Shown piece after piece: positions 17,483-27,534 of a DNA stretch of 64,000 nt (position 1 is the first letter of the stretch; each line of letters starts with the position of its first letter). The position numbers were made by a program, and so were the translations under genes. The stretch lies in NCBI GenBank assembly GCA_030747675.1, contig JASLKH010000035.1, positions 1 through 64,000 on the forward strand, written 5' to 3'. Source of the DNA: Candidatus Thalassarchaeaceae archaeon. GTDB lineage: Archaea; Thermoplasmatota; Poseidoniia; Poseidoniales; Thalassarchaeaceae. A model generated the notes under the pieces. That model was given only the letters and a program-made list of their open reading frames with translations. It was not told the DNA's origin and ran no database searches.

Positions 17483-17841
17483 AGGCAAAAGGGCGTCATA
17501 TTACTCTAGATTACGCCGGTTTTTCAGGAAATGGGGGTTGGGTCCTTTCAATTCTAAGAAACGCTGTTTCTAATTCAGAAGCACGGGAAGTACATTCTCA
17601 TGTTTCAGAATTTGATGGAAGTGAAAGCCCGTTAGGATTTGCAGCTGTTGTATTAATTGATGAAAGTCATGTGAGTGCACATTGCTATGCAGATGATGAA
17701 ATCTTGGCTGTTGATTGTTTTACTTGTGGAGAGATTAATCCTGCTTCTATAATCGATCAAATACATTCACAACTATCCAAGCACATTCCCACCCTGCATT
17801 TAGTACAGCGGCAAGAATGGGACCGGTTTATAATTGAATAA
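17479..17841 (+). CDS. speD: Pyruvoyl-dependent decarboxylase proenzyme, class 1B AdoMetDC/arginine decarboxylase family
   Basis: Self-cleavage site E-SH (IDESHVSAH) and DCFTCG; overlaps the agmatinase stop by 4 nt. Confidence 0.82.
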   Translation: MKAKGRHITLDYAGFSGNGGWVLSILRNAVSNSEAREVHSHVSEFDGSESPLGFAAVVLIDESHVSAHCYADDEILAVDCFTCGEINPASIIDQIHSQLSKHIPTLHLVQRQEWDRFIIE

Positions 17842-17936
17842 TTCAATTGTAAAATTAAATTTGCAATTGATTTTTTTGCACAATATTCTTGATTCGCCAA
17901 ACCATATCCTAAAATCAACAAGACCACACCTACGGT

Positions 17937-19313
17937 GTGATGCGCACCTTCGCTGTTCTCGCCATGCTCCTTGCCGCCTCCGCGGTTCCAATAGCAAGTG
18001 CGCAACAGCCAGACATAGTCCAGGAACATTGGTATCACACCTATACAACACTCACAATTGATGTCAATGCATGGGCGGATGATTACCCTGAAATTGTAAA
18101 TCTACTCGTCGCAGGTCAAACCGAACTTGGAAGAAACCTCTGGATGTTACAGATTTCTGATTGGAGTGCTGAAACCAAACCAGATGGGGCACAGAAAGAA
18201 ATTGTTTACATTGATGGTGGGCATCATGGAAATGAGCATCTTGGGACTGAATTAGCATTCTTGACCGCAGAATATTACATTGAAGGTTGGGCTGCTGGAG
18301 AACAAGATGCCCTTGATGTTTTGACGACGACTGAACTGCATATCCTCATCATGCTCAATGCAGATGGGAATGATTTTGATACGCGCTGGAATATTAATCA
18401 AGTTGACTTAAATCGAAACTACGATCATTACTGGAATACATGCCCCACGACCCAACCTGGAAGCAGTGCATTCAGTGAATCCGAAACACTTGCAAATTCA
18501 ATCTACATGAACACAGTTGTACCAGATGCAGATTTGTATGTAACCATGCACACTGGTGTTTGGATTATGCTGTATCCATGGGGTAAATGGCCAGAGCAAC
18601 CTTCGGATTGGGAGTTGTTCCATTTCATCAGAGATGATGTCCACGATAGCGTTTCAGACATTCCAATCCAAAATGCAAATCAAGGGCTCTACCCCAATTG
18701 TGGAACCAGTAGAGATTATGGATATGGAGTAATGGGGTTCCCCACTTTTACATTTGAAACCGATGATGAACAATGGGCGCCGGGGACCGTTGAATCATTG
18801 TCAAGCAGACTCGGTGAGGAAATGGACGTGATGCGATATCTGATCAACAACATTTGGTACTGGAGAGCAAGGTTGTCTGTAACTGCGTTTGATTTTGATG
18901 GCGACTCAATCAAATTGAGGGTCGACAATTTGGGTCGGGCGACTACTGAAAATGCAACCATCAGATATATCGATGAAGGTGAAGTGTTGTGGACTTCCGA
19001 GTTATTTAGCGTCAATGCAACCAATAGTACGCAAGCCAATCTCGCAGCCTCGAACTTGACCTTGTCAGCCTCGGGTCATTTTGAATTGTATTACCAAAAA
19101 CGCGTCATTGATTCAAGTCAGTGGGTCAACGAATCAATTCCTGAAGAACAAATCAATATCTCAGATGGCGAGGATGAGGGTTGGCTCCCCTTTGCTTCAC
19201 CTGTTTGGGCGATTTTAGCCATCGGCTTAGCTGGTGTAAGAGTAAATTGGCGTTTTTGCACCGATTTTGAGCAAATCAAATGCAAAAAAATGCCTCAAAA
19301 TGCGGATTCTTGA
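17937..19313 (+). CDS. Secreted M14 zinc carboxypeptidase with a C-terminal membrane anchor
   Basis: Signal peptide, HHGNE, DLNRNY, MH, and FTFE catalytic Glu. Confidence 0.9.
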   Translation: MMRTFAVLAMLLAASAVPIASAQQPDIVQEHWYHTYTTLTIDVNAWADDYPEIVNLLVAGQTELGRNLWMLQISDWSAETKPDGAQKEIVYIDGGHHGNEHLGTELAFLTAEYYIEGWAAGEQDALDVLTTTELHILIMLNADGNDFDTRWNINQVDLNRNYDHYWNTCPTTQPGSSAFSESETLANSIYMNTVVPDADLYVTMHTGVWIMLYPWGKWPEQPSDWELFHFIRDDVHDSVSDIPIQNANQGLYPNCGTSRDYGYGVMGFPTFTFETDDEQWAPGTVESLSSRLGEEMDVMRYLINNIWYWRARLSVTAFDFDGDSIKLRVDNLGRATTENATIRYIDEGEVLWTSELFSVNATNSTQANLAASNLTLSASGHFELYYQKRVIDSSQWVNESIPEEQINISDGEDEGWLPFASPVWAILAIGLAGVRVNWRFCTDFEQIKCKKMPQNADS

Positions 19314-19361
19314 ACACAATCATTTGTATATCGGTGCTGAATCGGTAGATTCAGTGATTAC

Positions 19362-20840
19362 ATGGAAACAGCAGTAAGCGAATTCAACGATGTTGGCGAC
19401 ATTCTGGTTTTACCTTTATTCGAGGGAGTTGTAAAAGCCCCAAATAACACCTTAGCAGGCCTTTCTAGGACACAGAGAAGCCTAGTAAACGAAGCTCTCG
19501 CAAGTGATAGTTTCACCGGCAAGGCTGGAAAACACCTCGACGTATGGACTGCCGGGTGCCAGGTTGTTTTAGTCGGCATGGGGGAAAATCCAAGTGACAA
19601 ATCATGCCGAGACGGCGGTGCGAAGACATTGGCAGCATTATCCAAAGATCATGGTACAAACGTGACCGTGCGATTCACGACTGGCTGGTCAACCTCGAAA
19701 ATGGCACTTTTCGTAGAAGGTATGATTCTACGAGATTATTCATTCGACAAATACCAACATAAGGAAGATGGTGAAATCCAATCTGATTGGAATCTAACAT
19801 GCCAAGCGAGTCCACGACATCAACCCAAGTTGTCCGCAGCTGTTTCCAAATCTACAGCGATTGCAACTGGAGTTCATGTTGCCCGCGAACTAGGTAATGA
19901 ACCTGCTAACGTGATGTATCCTGATGAATACGCTCGGCGTGCGATGGAATGGGCCAAAGGGAAATCGAATGTCGAAGTTGAAGTGTGGGATTATGACCGA
20001 TTAAAAAAAGAAGGGATGCACGGCGTCATCGCAGTAGGGAAAGGTAGTGAGCGCAAGCCCTGCATGGTATACTTCCGCCTAAATCCAAACGTACAGAAAG
20101 GTGATCAAGTGCCCTGTATTGTTGGAAAAGGAATCACCTTTGACACTGGCGGAATTTCAATAAAACCATCAGCAGGAATGGAGGATATGAAATTCGATAT
20201 GCATGGGTCAGCAACGGTCTTTGGACTGTTTGTCGCACTCCAAGCAAGTGGTTATCAAGGCCGCGTAAACGGAATAACTTGTATGGCAGAAAATATGCCA
20301 AGTGCTGGTGCATACAGGCCAGGAGACATCATCGATACATATTCTGGAAAGACGATTGAAGTCCTCAACACCGATGCAGAAGGGCGTAACGTCCTCTCAG
20401 ATGGACTATGGAAAGCAAGTGAGCTCGACCCATCCTATATTATCGATTTAGCAACACTAACTGGTGCTTGTGTCGTTGCATTAGGGCATGAAGCAAGTGG
20501 TCTGTGGTCAAATGATGATGCACTTTCTGCCCGAATCCATGCAGCAGGAAACGCTGAAGATGAGATTGCTTGGCCAATGCCTTTGCTACCTGCTTTTGAG
20601 AAAGAAATGACCGGTTCCAAAGTGGCCGATGTTCAGAATTTAGGCAAGGGCCGATGGGGAGGAGCCTGTACTGCAGCTGGTTTTCTCAAACAGTTTGTGC
20701 AAGATAGAGATGGGGCGCAAATTCCATGGGCACATCTCGATATTGCAGGTACCGCATGGGGTGCATCAACAAATGCAATGGTCGCCAATGGTGCAACAGG
20801 AATCCATGTACGAACTCTACATCGCCTGATTACCGAGTAA
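19362..20840 (+). CDS. pepA: Leucyl aminopeptidase (M17)
   Basis: VGKGITFDTGG, MKFDM, NTDAEGR, ATLTGA, HLDIAG. Confidence 0.96.
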   Translation: METAVSEFNDVGDILVLPLFEGVVKAPNNTLAGLSRTQRSLVNEALASDSFTGKAGKHLDVWTAGCQVVLVGMGENPSDKSCRDGGAKTLAALSKDHGTNVTVRFTTGWSTSKMALFVEGMILRDYSFDKYQHKEDGEIQSDWNLTCQASPRHQPKLSAAVSKSTAIATGVHVARELGNEPANVMYPDEYARRAMEWAKGKSNVEVEVWDYDRLKKEGMHGVIAVGKGSERKPCMVYFRLNPNVQKGDQVPCIVGKGITFDTGGISIKPSAGMEDMKFDMHGSATVFGLFVALQASGYQGRVNGITCMAENMPSAGAYRPGDIIDTYSGKTIEVLNTDAEGRNVLSDGLWKASELDPSYIIDLATLTGACVVALGHEASGLWSNDDALSARIHAAGNAEDEIAWPMPLLPAFEKEMTGSKVADVQNLGKGRWGGACTAAGFLKQFVQDRDGAQIPWAHLDIAGTAWGASTNAMVANGATGIHVRTLHRLITE

Positions 20841-20845
20841 TATCC

Positions 20846-22735
20846 TTACGCACTGTCGTCGTCATCAACAACTTCGAAGTCAGCATCGACGACATCTTCT
20901 GCACCATCCATTCCAGTATGATCTCCGCCTTGTTCATCTTCCATTGATGCTGCTGCTGCCTCATACAACTTTGCAGAGATACCATGCATGGCTTCTTCCA
21001 ATTCTTGGACTTTTGTTTGAATTGCCTCTTCATCAAGGTCATCATCATCAACAGGGCCTTCATCAGTTCGAATTAAAGCCTCAAGTTCAACCAATTTAGC
21101 TTCAATCGGTTCTGTATCTGATTCTTCTAACTTATCTCCGGCTTCCTTCATCGTTCGGCGTGTTTGATAGACAATGCTGTCAGCAGTATTGCGGAGTTCA
21201 ACCTTCTTTTGACGAGATTCGTCCTCAGCAGCGAATTCCTCGGCTTCAGATATTTTTTGCTGGATTTCATCTTCTGATAGGCTAGTGGCACTTTCAATAC
21301 GAATCGATTGTTCCTTACCCGTGCCCATGTCCTTAGCAGATACGCTAACGATGCCATTTGCATCAATGTCAAAGGTCACTTCTATCTTTGGAATTCCACG
21401 AGCAGCCGCTGGAATTCCTTCAAGGAAAAATTTTCCAAGCGTTACATTATCCTTGGCGAACTTTCTTTCGCCCTGAAGGACGTGTACTTCTACAGCTGGT
21501 TGATTATCAGCGGCAGTACTGAACACTTCTGAACGACGTGTTGGGATGGTTGTATTGCGTTCAATCATAGGTGTTGTGACACCACCAAGTGTTTCAATGC
21601 CAAGAGAAAGAGGTGTTACATCCAGAAGAAGAACATCTGTGACTCCTTCGTCACCAACAATGATGCCGGCTTGTAGAGCTGCACCCATCGCTACCGCCTC
21701 ATCAGGATTAATTCCCTTGAAGGGGGTCTTTCCTGCTTCTTTCTCTATTGCTTCTTGAACTGCAGGAATACGAGTACTACCTCCAACCAGGAGGATTTTA
21801 TCGACATCTCCTGCTTTGATTCCCGAATCCTTCATTGCTCGACGAGTCGGGCCCATCGTAGCCTCTACAAGATCTGCTGTGAGGTCATCAAATTGAGCGC
21901 GTGATAAATTAAGATCAAGGTGCTCTGGATTACCATCTTTCATAGTGATGAAAGGTAAATTAATGTGACTTGTTTGAGTACCCGATAGTTCAATCTTAGC
22001 TTTTTCAGCGGCTTCCTTCAATCGGCTCATAGCCTGACCATCTGTTGATAAATCAATTCCGCTACTTTTCTTAAACTCAGAAACACACCAATGGATTACA
22101 CGCTCGTCAAAGTCGTCTCCACCAAGTTTGTTATTACCCGCAGTAGCCTTTACTTCAATTTGTGGTTGACCATCTACCTGATATATTTCAAGGACTGATA
22201 CATCAAATGTACCTCCTCCAAGGTCGTAAACAAGAATTGTTTGATCATCATCCTTGTCAACGCCATAGGCCAAGGCTGCAGCTGTTGGTTCGTTGATGAT
22301 ACGTAATACTTCTAGTCCTGCAATACGACCAGCATCTTTTGTTGCCTTTCGCTGAGCATCTGTGAAATAAGCCGGACAAGTGATGACCGCTTGCTTTACT
22401 TCTGCCCCCAAATATGCTTCTGCATCAGCCTTTAGTTTCTGTAAAATGAATGCGCTTACTTCTTGAGGAGTGTAGTGATTATCGTCTACTTTACCTTTCC
22501 AATCTGTACCCATTTCTCTTTTAACAGAGAGGAAAGTACGTTCCGAATTAGTTACAGCTTGTCGCTTTGCTGTCACTCCAACCAATCGCTCTCCATCTTT
22601 AGCAAATGCTACTACGCTTGGAGTGGTCCTAGCACCTTCTGCATTAGGGATGACTATTGCTTCGCCCCCCTCAATTGTTGCTACACAACTATTTGTCGTC
22701 CCTAAATCAATACCTATTACTGCATTTTTAACCAT
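20846..22735 (-). CDS. dnaK: Chaperone DnaK (Hsp70)
   Basis: [38 protein letters not shown]. Confidence 0.98.
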   Translation of the reverse strand: MVKNAVIGIDLGTTNSCVATIEGGEAIVIPNAEGARTTPSVVAFAKDGERLVGVTAKRQAVTNSERTFLSVKREMGTDWKGKVDDNHYTPQEVSAFILQKLKADAEAYLGAEVKQAVITCPAYFTDAQRKATKDAGRIAGLEVLRIINEPTAAALAYGVDKDDDQTILVYDLGGGTFDVSVLEIYQVDGQPQIEVKATAGNNKLGGDDFDERVIHWCVSEFKKSSGIDLSTDGQAMSRLKEAAEKAKIELSGTQTSHINLPFITMKDGNPEHLDLNLSRAQFDDLTADLVEATMGPTRRAMKDSGIKAGDVDKILLVGGSTRIPAVQEAIEKEAGKTPFKGINPDEAVAMGAALQAGIIVGDEGVTDVLLLDVTPLSLGIETLGGVTTPMIERNTTIPTRRSEVFSTAADNQPAVEVHVLQGERKFAKDNVTLGKFFLEGIPAAARGIPKIEVTFDIDANGIVSVSAKDMGTGKEQSIRIESATSLSEDEIQQKISEAEEFAAEDESRQKKVELRNTADSIVYQTRRTMKEAGDKLEESDTEPIEAKLVELEALIRTDEGPVDDDDLDEEAIQTKVQELEEAMHGISAKLYEAAAASMEDEQGGDHTGMDGAEDVVDADFEVVDDDDSA

Positions 22736-22736
22736 T

Positions 22737-23369
22737 TTAATTTCCTCCCTTCGGTGAAACCGATTCCTTCGGTTCTCTCAAAGTGAATGTGATATCAAGT
22801 ATACCGTTATTAATCTCCCAATTATCTACGCTTTCAGCTGCTTTGGGTAATTCAAAACGTTGAATTGGATGTAATTGAGTTGCACGCATCAAGTGCAAAG
22901 TTGATCCTCCTCCTGTGAGGTTCAATTCAACTTCAGAATCATCAATACCATCATGACGAGATACATCAATTGTAATATTCATAGAATCACCGTCAACATA
23001 AACATCGGCAATTGGAATTGAATTTACAGAATCATCATCATCTTCGGATTCCTCCTCAATTTCAATTTCAACGAGTTCCGGTTCGGATTTCTTTCCCATC
23101 TTGATATCCACGCCCATCTGGTCAAGAATACTGGATATATCTGGTGCACCTTTGCCAAGGATTTCTCCAATATCTCCAAAATCAGATTGTAAATTTATTT
23201 TTACATCGCCTGAACGAATTTTCTCAGGGTCAATACCAAGGTTATCAAATTGAGATTGGATTTGGTCCATCATACGCATGAGGTCGTCTTCATCAACATC
23301 CATGCCCATCTTGCGAAACATTTCGAGCATCTGCTTCAAAATTTGGTCTTCCCATTCATCTTTATCCAT
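22737..23369 (-). CDS. Hsp20/alpha-crystallin-domain protein with an acidic helical N-terminus
   Basis: C-terminal ADVYVDGD...RFELP...NNGILDITF pattern; 1 nt upstream of dnaK. Confidence 0.7.
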   Translation of the reverse strand: MDKDEWEDQILKQMLEMFRKMGMDVDEDDLMRMMDQIQSQFDNLGIDPEKIRSGDVKINLQSDFGDIGEILGKGAPDISSILDQMGVDIKMGKKSEPELVEIEIEEESEDDDDSVNSIPIADVYVDGDSMNITIDVSRHDGIDDSEVELNLTGGGSTLHLMRATQLHPIQRFELPKAAESVDNWEINNGILDITFTLREPKESVSPKGGN

Positions 23370-23423
23370 GTCTCACCCTCCACTACTTAACCTCGGGTTG
23401 TATAGTGGCAGTGTTTAGACATA

Positions 23424-23443
23424 TATCAATCATTGCCTTGATA
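23424..23443. promoter_or_regulatory. Palindromic candidate operator in the hsp20-dnaK / thermosome divergent promoter
   Basis: TATCAA-N8-TTGATA. Confidence 0.3.
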
Positions 23444-23495
23444 CAAGCCCGGGACCTTTAGCGGCGGATTCAAGATGGGATGATTATTCGGAACC

Positions 23496-25082
23496 ATGTC
23501 CCCCATGGTACAGAAAGATCAGGATCGTGTCCTTTCAGATACCGAACAGGTATCCGGAAAAACGGCATTACGAAATAACGTTGAGGCCGCAGTTGCCCTC
23601 TCTGGCGCCGTCAGGAGTACATTGGGGCCCAAGGGTTTGGACAAATTACTCATCAGTGCCGAGGGAGATACATTGGTTACAAATGATGGTGTCACTGTTC
23701 TAGAAACTGCATTAGTGGAACATCCTACTGCTAAAATGCTGATTTCTACTTCGCGTGCACAAGATGATGAGGCAAAAGATGGTACAACTTCAACCGTAAT
23801 CCTCACTGCTGAACTATTGGTAAATGCTGCTGAACTTGTTGAACGTGGTGTTCATCCCGCAATTATTTCTCATGGATTTCGACTTTGTGAGCCGATTATA
23901 GATGAGGTCCTTAACGAAATTGCGATTGAAGCCGGTGAAAATGAACGCCTTTCTGCTGTTTTGACTGCTTTATCGGGCAAAGGTGATGACGGGTTGAGAG
24001 AATGCCTTGCGAACCTTGCTCATGAGGCTGCAATATTGATTGGCACAGGCGATACTGAGCATTGCAGAATAATCACAGAATGTAGTGGGAATATACGAGA
24101 TAGTGAATTAATCCAAGGTGTTGTTCTCCAAAAATCAAGTGTGCATCGAGAAATGCCAAATAGGCATTCAGGTGGTAGTATTCTTGTTCTCGATGGAGGG
24201 CTAGAAAGGAGAAAACCAGCAATTGAGGCCACTCTTAACATCACAAATTTAGGAGCATTGGATTCATTTAATGAAAGGGAACGTGCAGATTTACAGAAAC
24301 GTGTTGATTCTCTAAGTAATGCTGGTATCGATTTGTTAATTACTCGTGATGGCATTGATGATGGAGCGCATATAATGTTAGCGAACGCTGGAATCATTGC
24401 ATACCGGCGAGTTGAGAGGCCTGATATTGAGCATGTTTGCCGTGCTACAGGAGCGCGTCCTGTATATTCATTGGAAGATATTAATGGGGCAGATGTTGGG
24501 TCCTTTGATGCGCTACGCGAGGAAAAATGGCAAGGCACGAGTCATATGATCCTCATGGGGGCAAAAAAGCAAGGTGTTACTGTAGTTTTGCGCGGATCCA
24601 CAGAAATGCGGTTGGAAGAGGCGCGACGTGCCTTCGATGATGCACTTGGAGTTGCAAGCCAATTGGTCGAAGAAACTCGCTTACTCCCAGGAGGGGGAGC
24701 AACACAAATTGCATTAGCGCGTAGACTTCGTAGATTTGCGGAAACTATTCCAGGAAGAGAACAAATGGCAATCGAGGCTTTTGCTGCTGCTCTTGAAGTA
24801 ATTCCAAGAGTATTGGCTTCAAATGCTGGACTTGATCCGATTGACGAATTGCTACGAGCAACAGCAGCACAATCTGACTCAGGCTCTGCTTGGAAAGGAC
24901 TTGATGTAAGAACGGGGATGATTGTAGACATGTCAGAAGCAGCTGTTACTGAACCAATTCGGATTACACGTCACTCTATCGTAGGTGCCACTGATGCTGC
25001 TATTTCAGTATTGAGAATTGATGACATTTTATGGGCCAAACAAGATGCTCAAGAACCTAATTGGAAAACTGAAGATGATTAG
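23496..25082 (+). CDS. ths: Thermosome (group II chaperonin) subunit, divergent
   Basis: STLGPKGLDKLL, TNDGVTVL, DGTTS, GGGA, LRIDDIL. Confidence 0.93.
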   Translation: MSPMVQKDQDRVLSDTEQVSGKTALRNNVEAAVALSGAVRSTLGPKGLDKLLISAEGDTLVTNDGVTVLETALVEHPTAKMLISTSRAQDDEAKDGTTSTVILTAELLVNAAELVERGVHPAIISHGFRLCEPIIDEVLNEIAIEAGENERLSAVLTALSGKGDDGLRECLANLAHEAAILIGTGDTEHCRIITECSGNIRDSELIQGVVLQKSSVHREMPNRHSGGSILVLDGGLERRKPAIEATLNITNLGALDSFNERERADLQKRVDSLSNAGIDLLITRDGIDDGAHIMLANAGIIAYRRVERPDIEHVCRATGARPVYSLEDINGADVGSFDALREEKWQGTSHMILMGAKKQGVTVVLRGSTEMRLEEARRAFDDALGVASQLVEETRLLPGGGATQIALARRLRRFAETIPGREQMAIEAFAAALEVIPRVLASNAGLDPIDELLRATAAQSDSGSAWKGLDVRTGMIVDMSEAAVTEPIRITRHSIVGATDAAISVLRIDDILWAKQDAQEPNWKTEDD

Positions 25083-25160
25083 GATTTGATGTAAATCATG
25101 CATCAGAGTGGTTAATCTTAGCTGATGTAAGTCTATATCGACGAAGATTGTCGGCAATTT

Positions 25161-26678
25161 ATGGCACGACTGAAATCAATGATGTTGGCACTCTTAATGC
25201 TGTCTTCATTAACTGCTGGCTGCCTTAAAGATGATTACTCGCCACCCCCCTCAGATGAGGAAGTTCATCCCAAAGGTGTTTTTGTAACCGGGCCGGATGG
25301 ATTACCTGTTGATGTGGCACCATTACCACTAATTTTCAATTTCAGTGATGTTGGGGAGGATGGTCCAGAGCCAAGTATAGGTGTCACATCTAGTGGCTGT
25401 ATTTTCTTTATTGCCATGGAGAAAGTTATGCGTTCCTGTGACCATGGAGAAACCTGGGAAGAAGTGCAATATGAGCCTGCATGTTCACCGACTACCAGTG
25501 ACCCCTATGGTTGGGTTGACCCTATCACAGATAGAATTTTCAATGTGCAAATGATAGGTTTGGAAACATCGTGGATTTGCTGGAGTGATGATGATGGTGA
25601 AACTTGGGTCGGCAATCCACACGATTCAGGCACAACTCCAATCAATGATCACATCAAATTGGCAACCGGTCCTTGGACAGGCAGCGGTTATGGTATTCCC
25701 GGCTCCATCACGCAAGAAATAATCTACGAAACCGCGGTTTACTATTGCTACAACAAACTCGCAGGCATATTCTGTTTCACAAGTTTTGATGGTGGGGCTA
25801 CATTTGAAGCAGGTGGCCAAATCTTTGGATTAGCCACCACCAACGGTGGCCTTCATGGGGCCATCACCTCAGCTCCAGACGGCACTGTTTACGTGACTCC
25901 TCGAGTCGAAACACCAACTGTCATCATATCGAAGGACAACGGTTTGACATGGTTTGAGCGCACGATGGGCACAGATGTAGGTACACCTTATCCACGCAAA
26001 AACTCAGAGGTTGCGACAGACACTGAATCCAATGCTTATCACGTTTGGACTGGACCCGGTGGGCCTAATGAAAATGGATCATTTAACGGTTACAATGGTG
26101 AAGGAATTTACATGTCGAGGAGTACTGATTCTGGAGATTCATGGGAATCGGACAGCATTCGCATTAGCCCCATCGACATTGTATCGTACGCATTCCCACA
26201 AATTGATGCTGGCGACCCTGGCAGAATTGCAATTACATACCTAGGGAGTGAGAATTCCGGCGAATTGGGACAACCCAACTTGGACGGTGCCGCTTGGGAT
26301 GGAAATGCACACTATGCAAATTCAAACGTCAGTTACCACCTGTATGTTACTTACAGTTTGAACGCACTCGATGCGAACCCAGTGTTCCACACCATGCGAG
26401 CTTCTGCAGATCCAGTACAGGTCGGCAGCATTTGTTTGAACAGTGGTGACTGTCGCGACATCGGCGGTTCGAATCGCAACCTACTCGACTTCAATGATTT
26501 GCACATAGATAGTGATGGGAGAGTATACATTGCATTCGCTGATGGATGCACAGGTGAATGTGCTACTGGTAACAATTCGCAACCTGAAGATTCTCGAAGT
26601 AGGCGTGCTACAATGTGCTATCTTGGAAGTGGGCCTAGTCTGTATGAATCCGTTGGAATTCTCCCTGAATTTTCATGA
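25161..26678 (+). CDS. Lipoprotein with BNR/Asp-box repeats (sialidase-like beta-propeller)
   Basis: Lipobox LTAGC; five Asp-boxes SCDHGETW, SDDDGETW, SFDGGATF, SKDNGLTW, STDSGDSW. Confidence 0.85.
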   Translation: MARLKSMMLALLMLSSLTAGCLKDDYSPPPSDEEVHPKGVFVTGPDGLPVDVAPLPLIFNFSDVGEDGPEPSIGVTSSGCIFFIAMEKVMRSCDHGETWEEVQYEPACSPTTSDPYGWVDPITDRIFNVQMIGLETSWICWSDDDGETWVGNPHDSGTTPINDHIKLATGPWTGSGYGIPGSITQEIIYETAVYYCYNKLAGIFCFTSFDGGATFEAGGQIFGLATTNGGLHGAITSAPDGTVYVTPRVETPTVIISKDNGLTWFERTMGTDVGTPYPRKNSEVATDTESNAYHVWTGPGGPNENGSFNGYNGEGIYMSRSTDSGDSWESDSIRISPIDIVSYAFPQIDAGDPGRIAITYLGSENSGELGQPNLDGAAWDGNAHYANSNVSYHLYVTYSLNALDANPVFHTMRASADPVQVGSICLNSGDCRDIGGSNRNLLDFNDLHIDSDGRVYIAFADGCTGECATGNNSQPEDSRSRRATMCYLGSGPSLYESVGILPEFS

Positions 26679-26692
26679 GATTTAAGTTCAGG

Positions 26693-26764
26693 TGCGCACG
26701 CCGGAATTTGAATCCGGGTGGCATGGTTGGGAACCATACATCATAACCGCTAGATCACGTGCGC
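26693..26764 (-). tRNA. tRNA-Gly(CCC), CCA not fully encoded
   Basis: Minus strand: acceptor stem GCGCACG/CGTGCGC, anticodon arm TATGG-TTCCCAA-CCATG, T arm CCGGA-TTCAAAT-TCCGG, then A-CC-T. Confidence 0.95.
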
Positions 26765-26768
26765 TTCA

Positions 26769-27407
26769 TCAGAATCGACGCTTGCGATATTCGCGGGTGC
26801 AGTCGATTCCGGGGAATTGATCCTCTGATTCTCGATAAACTGTTTTCAAATTCTTAACAAAATTGTCATCATTGACGAGGAGAACAAAGTCACCGACCTC
26901 AGGGTCTTCTTCTGCATCCAGCCATCCGAGTACAATCTCCATTGTCATTCGTGCACCTTCTCGGTGAGGATAAGCGAAAATCCCCATTGAGAGAGGGGGG
27001 CAAACCATAGTTTCAACTTTACCAATTTGGTTAACTTGTTCGAATAATGAAGCATAAGATTGAGCAATTAATTCCCGACGGCCTTCATCTTGGCTGGGCC
27101 GCCTACAATCGGGTCCGACCACGTGAATTAGATGCTCACAAGGTAAATTGAAACCTTTCGTGGTTACTGCGTGCCCAACGGGGCAGGGTTGAAGGTTCTG
27201 AGCGCGTTGTTTTTTTGCAATTTCAAGGCAAGCCGCCCTCAATTCTTCTCCTGCCACATTATGCATTTTGGCATCTAATCCTTCACGGCCCGCAAGTCGG
27301 TTATTTGCACAAGTTACGCTGACTTGTGCCTCGTATTTTGTGAGGTCTCCTGCAATGACCCGCAATCGAGCATGACGGCAGTTGCGAGCGATGATTACCT
27401 CGGACAT
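26769..27407 (-). CDS. Macro domain protein (ADP-ribose binding/hydrolase family)
   Basis: GDLT, CPVGHAVTTKGFNLP, IHVVGP, PPLSMGIFAYP. Confidence 0.88.
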   Translation of the reverse strand: MSEVIIARNCRHARLRVIAGDLTKYEAQVSVTCANNRLAGREGLDAKMHNVAGEELRAACLEIAKKQRAQNLQPCPVGHAVTTKGFNLPCEHLIHVVGPDCRRPSQDEGRRELIAQSYASLFEQVNQIGKVETMVCPPLSMGIFAYPHREGARMTMEIVLGWLDAEEDPEVGDFVLLVNDDNFVKNLKTVYRESEDQFPGIDCTREYRKRRF

Positions 27408-27534
27408 ACTTTATGCGAGAGGGGGCGGAGGGATTTATGTCAATCGTCGAACCAATCTGGTGATTTAGACTAGACCATAAGTGTAGAGGCATTTCTCCGA
27501 CATGGTGAAAAGTATGCGACAGGGGCGATAAGGT

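Noticed and set aside
23370-23495. CIRCE/HrcA operator upstream of the chaperone genes
   Set aside because: TTAGCACTC-N9-GAGTGCTAA is absent.
25161-26678. Calling the BNR lipoprotein a true sialidase
   Set aside because: Asp-boxes are present, but I could not identify the RIP/FRIP motif or the arginine triad, so it is left as sialidase-like.
26693-26718. Second copy of a tRNA 3' end as a prophage att site
   Set aside because: It is part of a complete tRNA-Gly(CCC) in inverted orientation; no integrase or viral genes, and housekeeping genes lie between the two copies.
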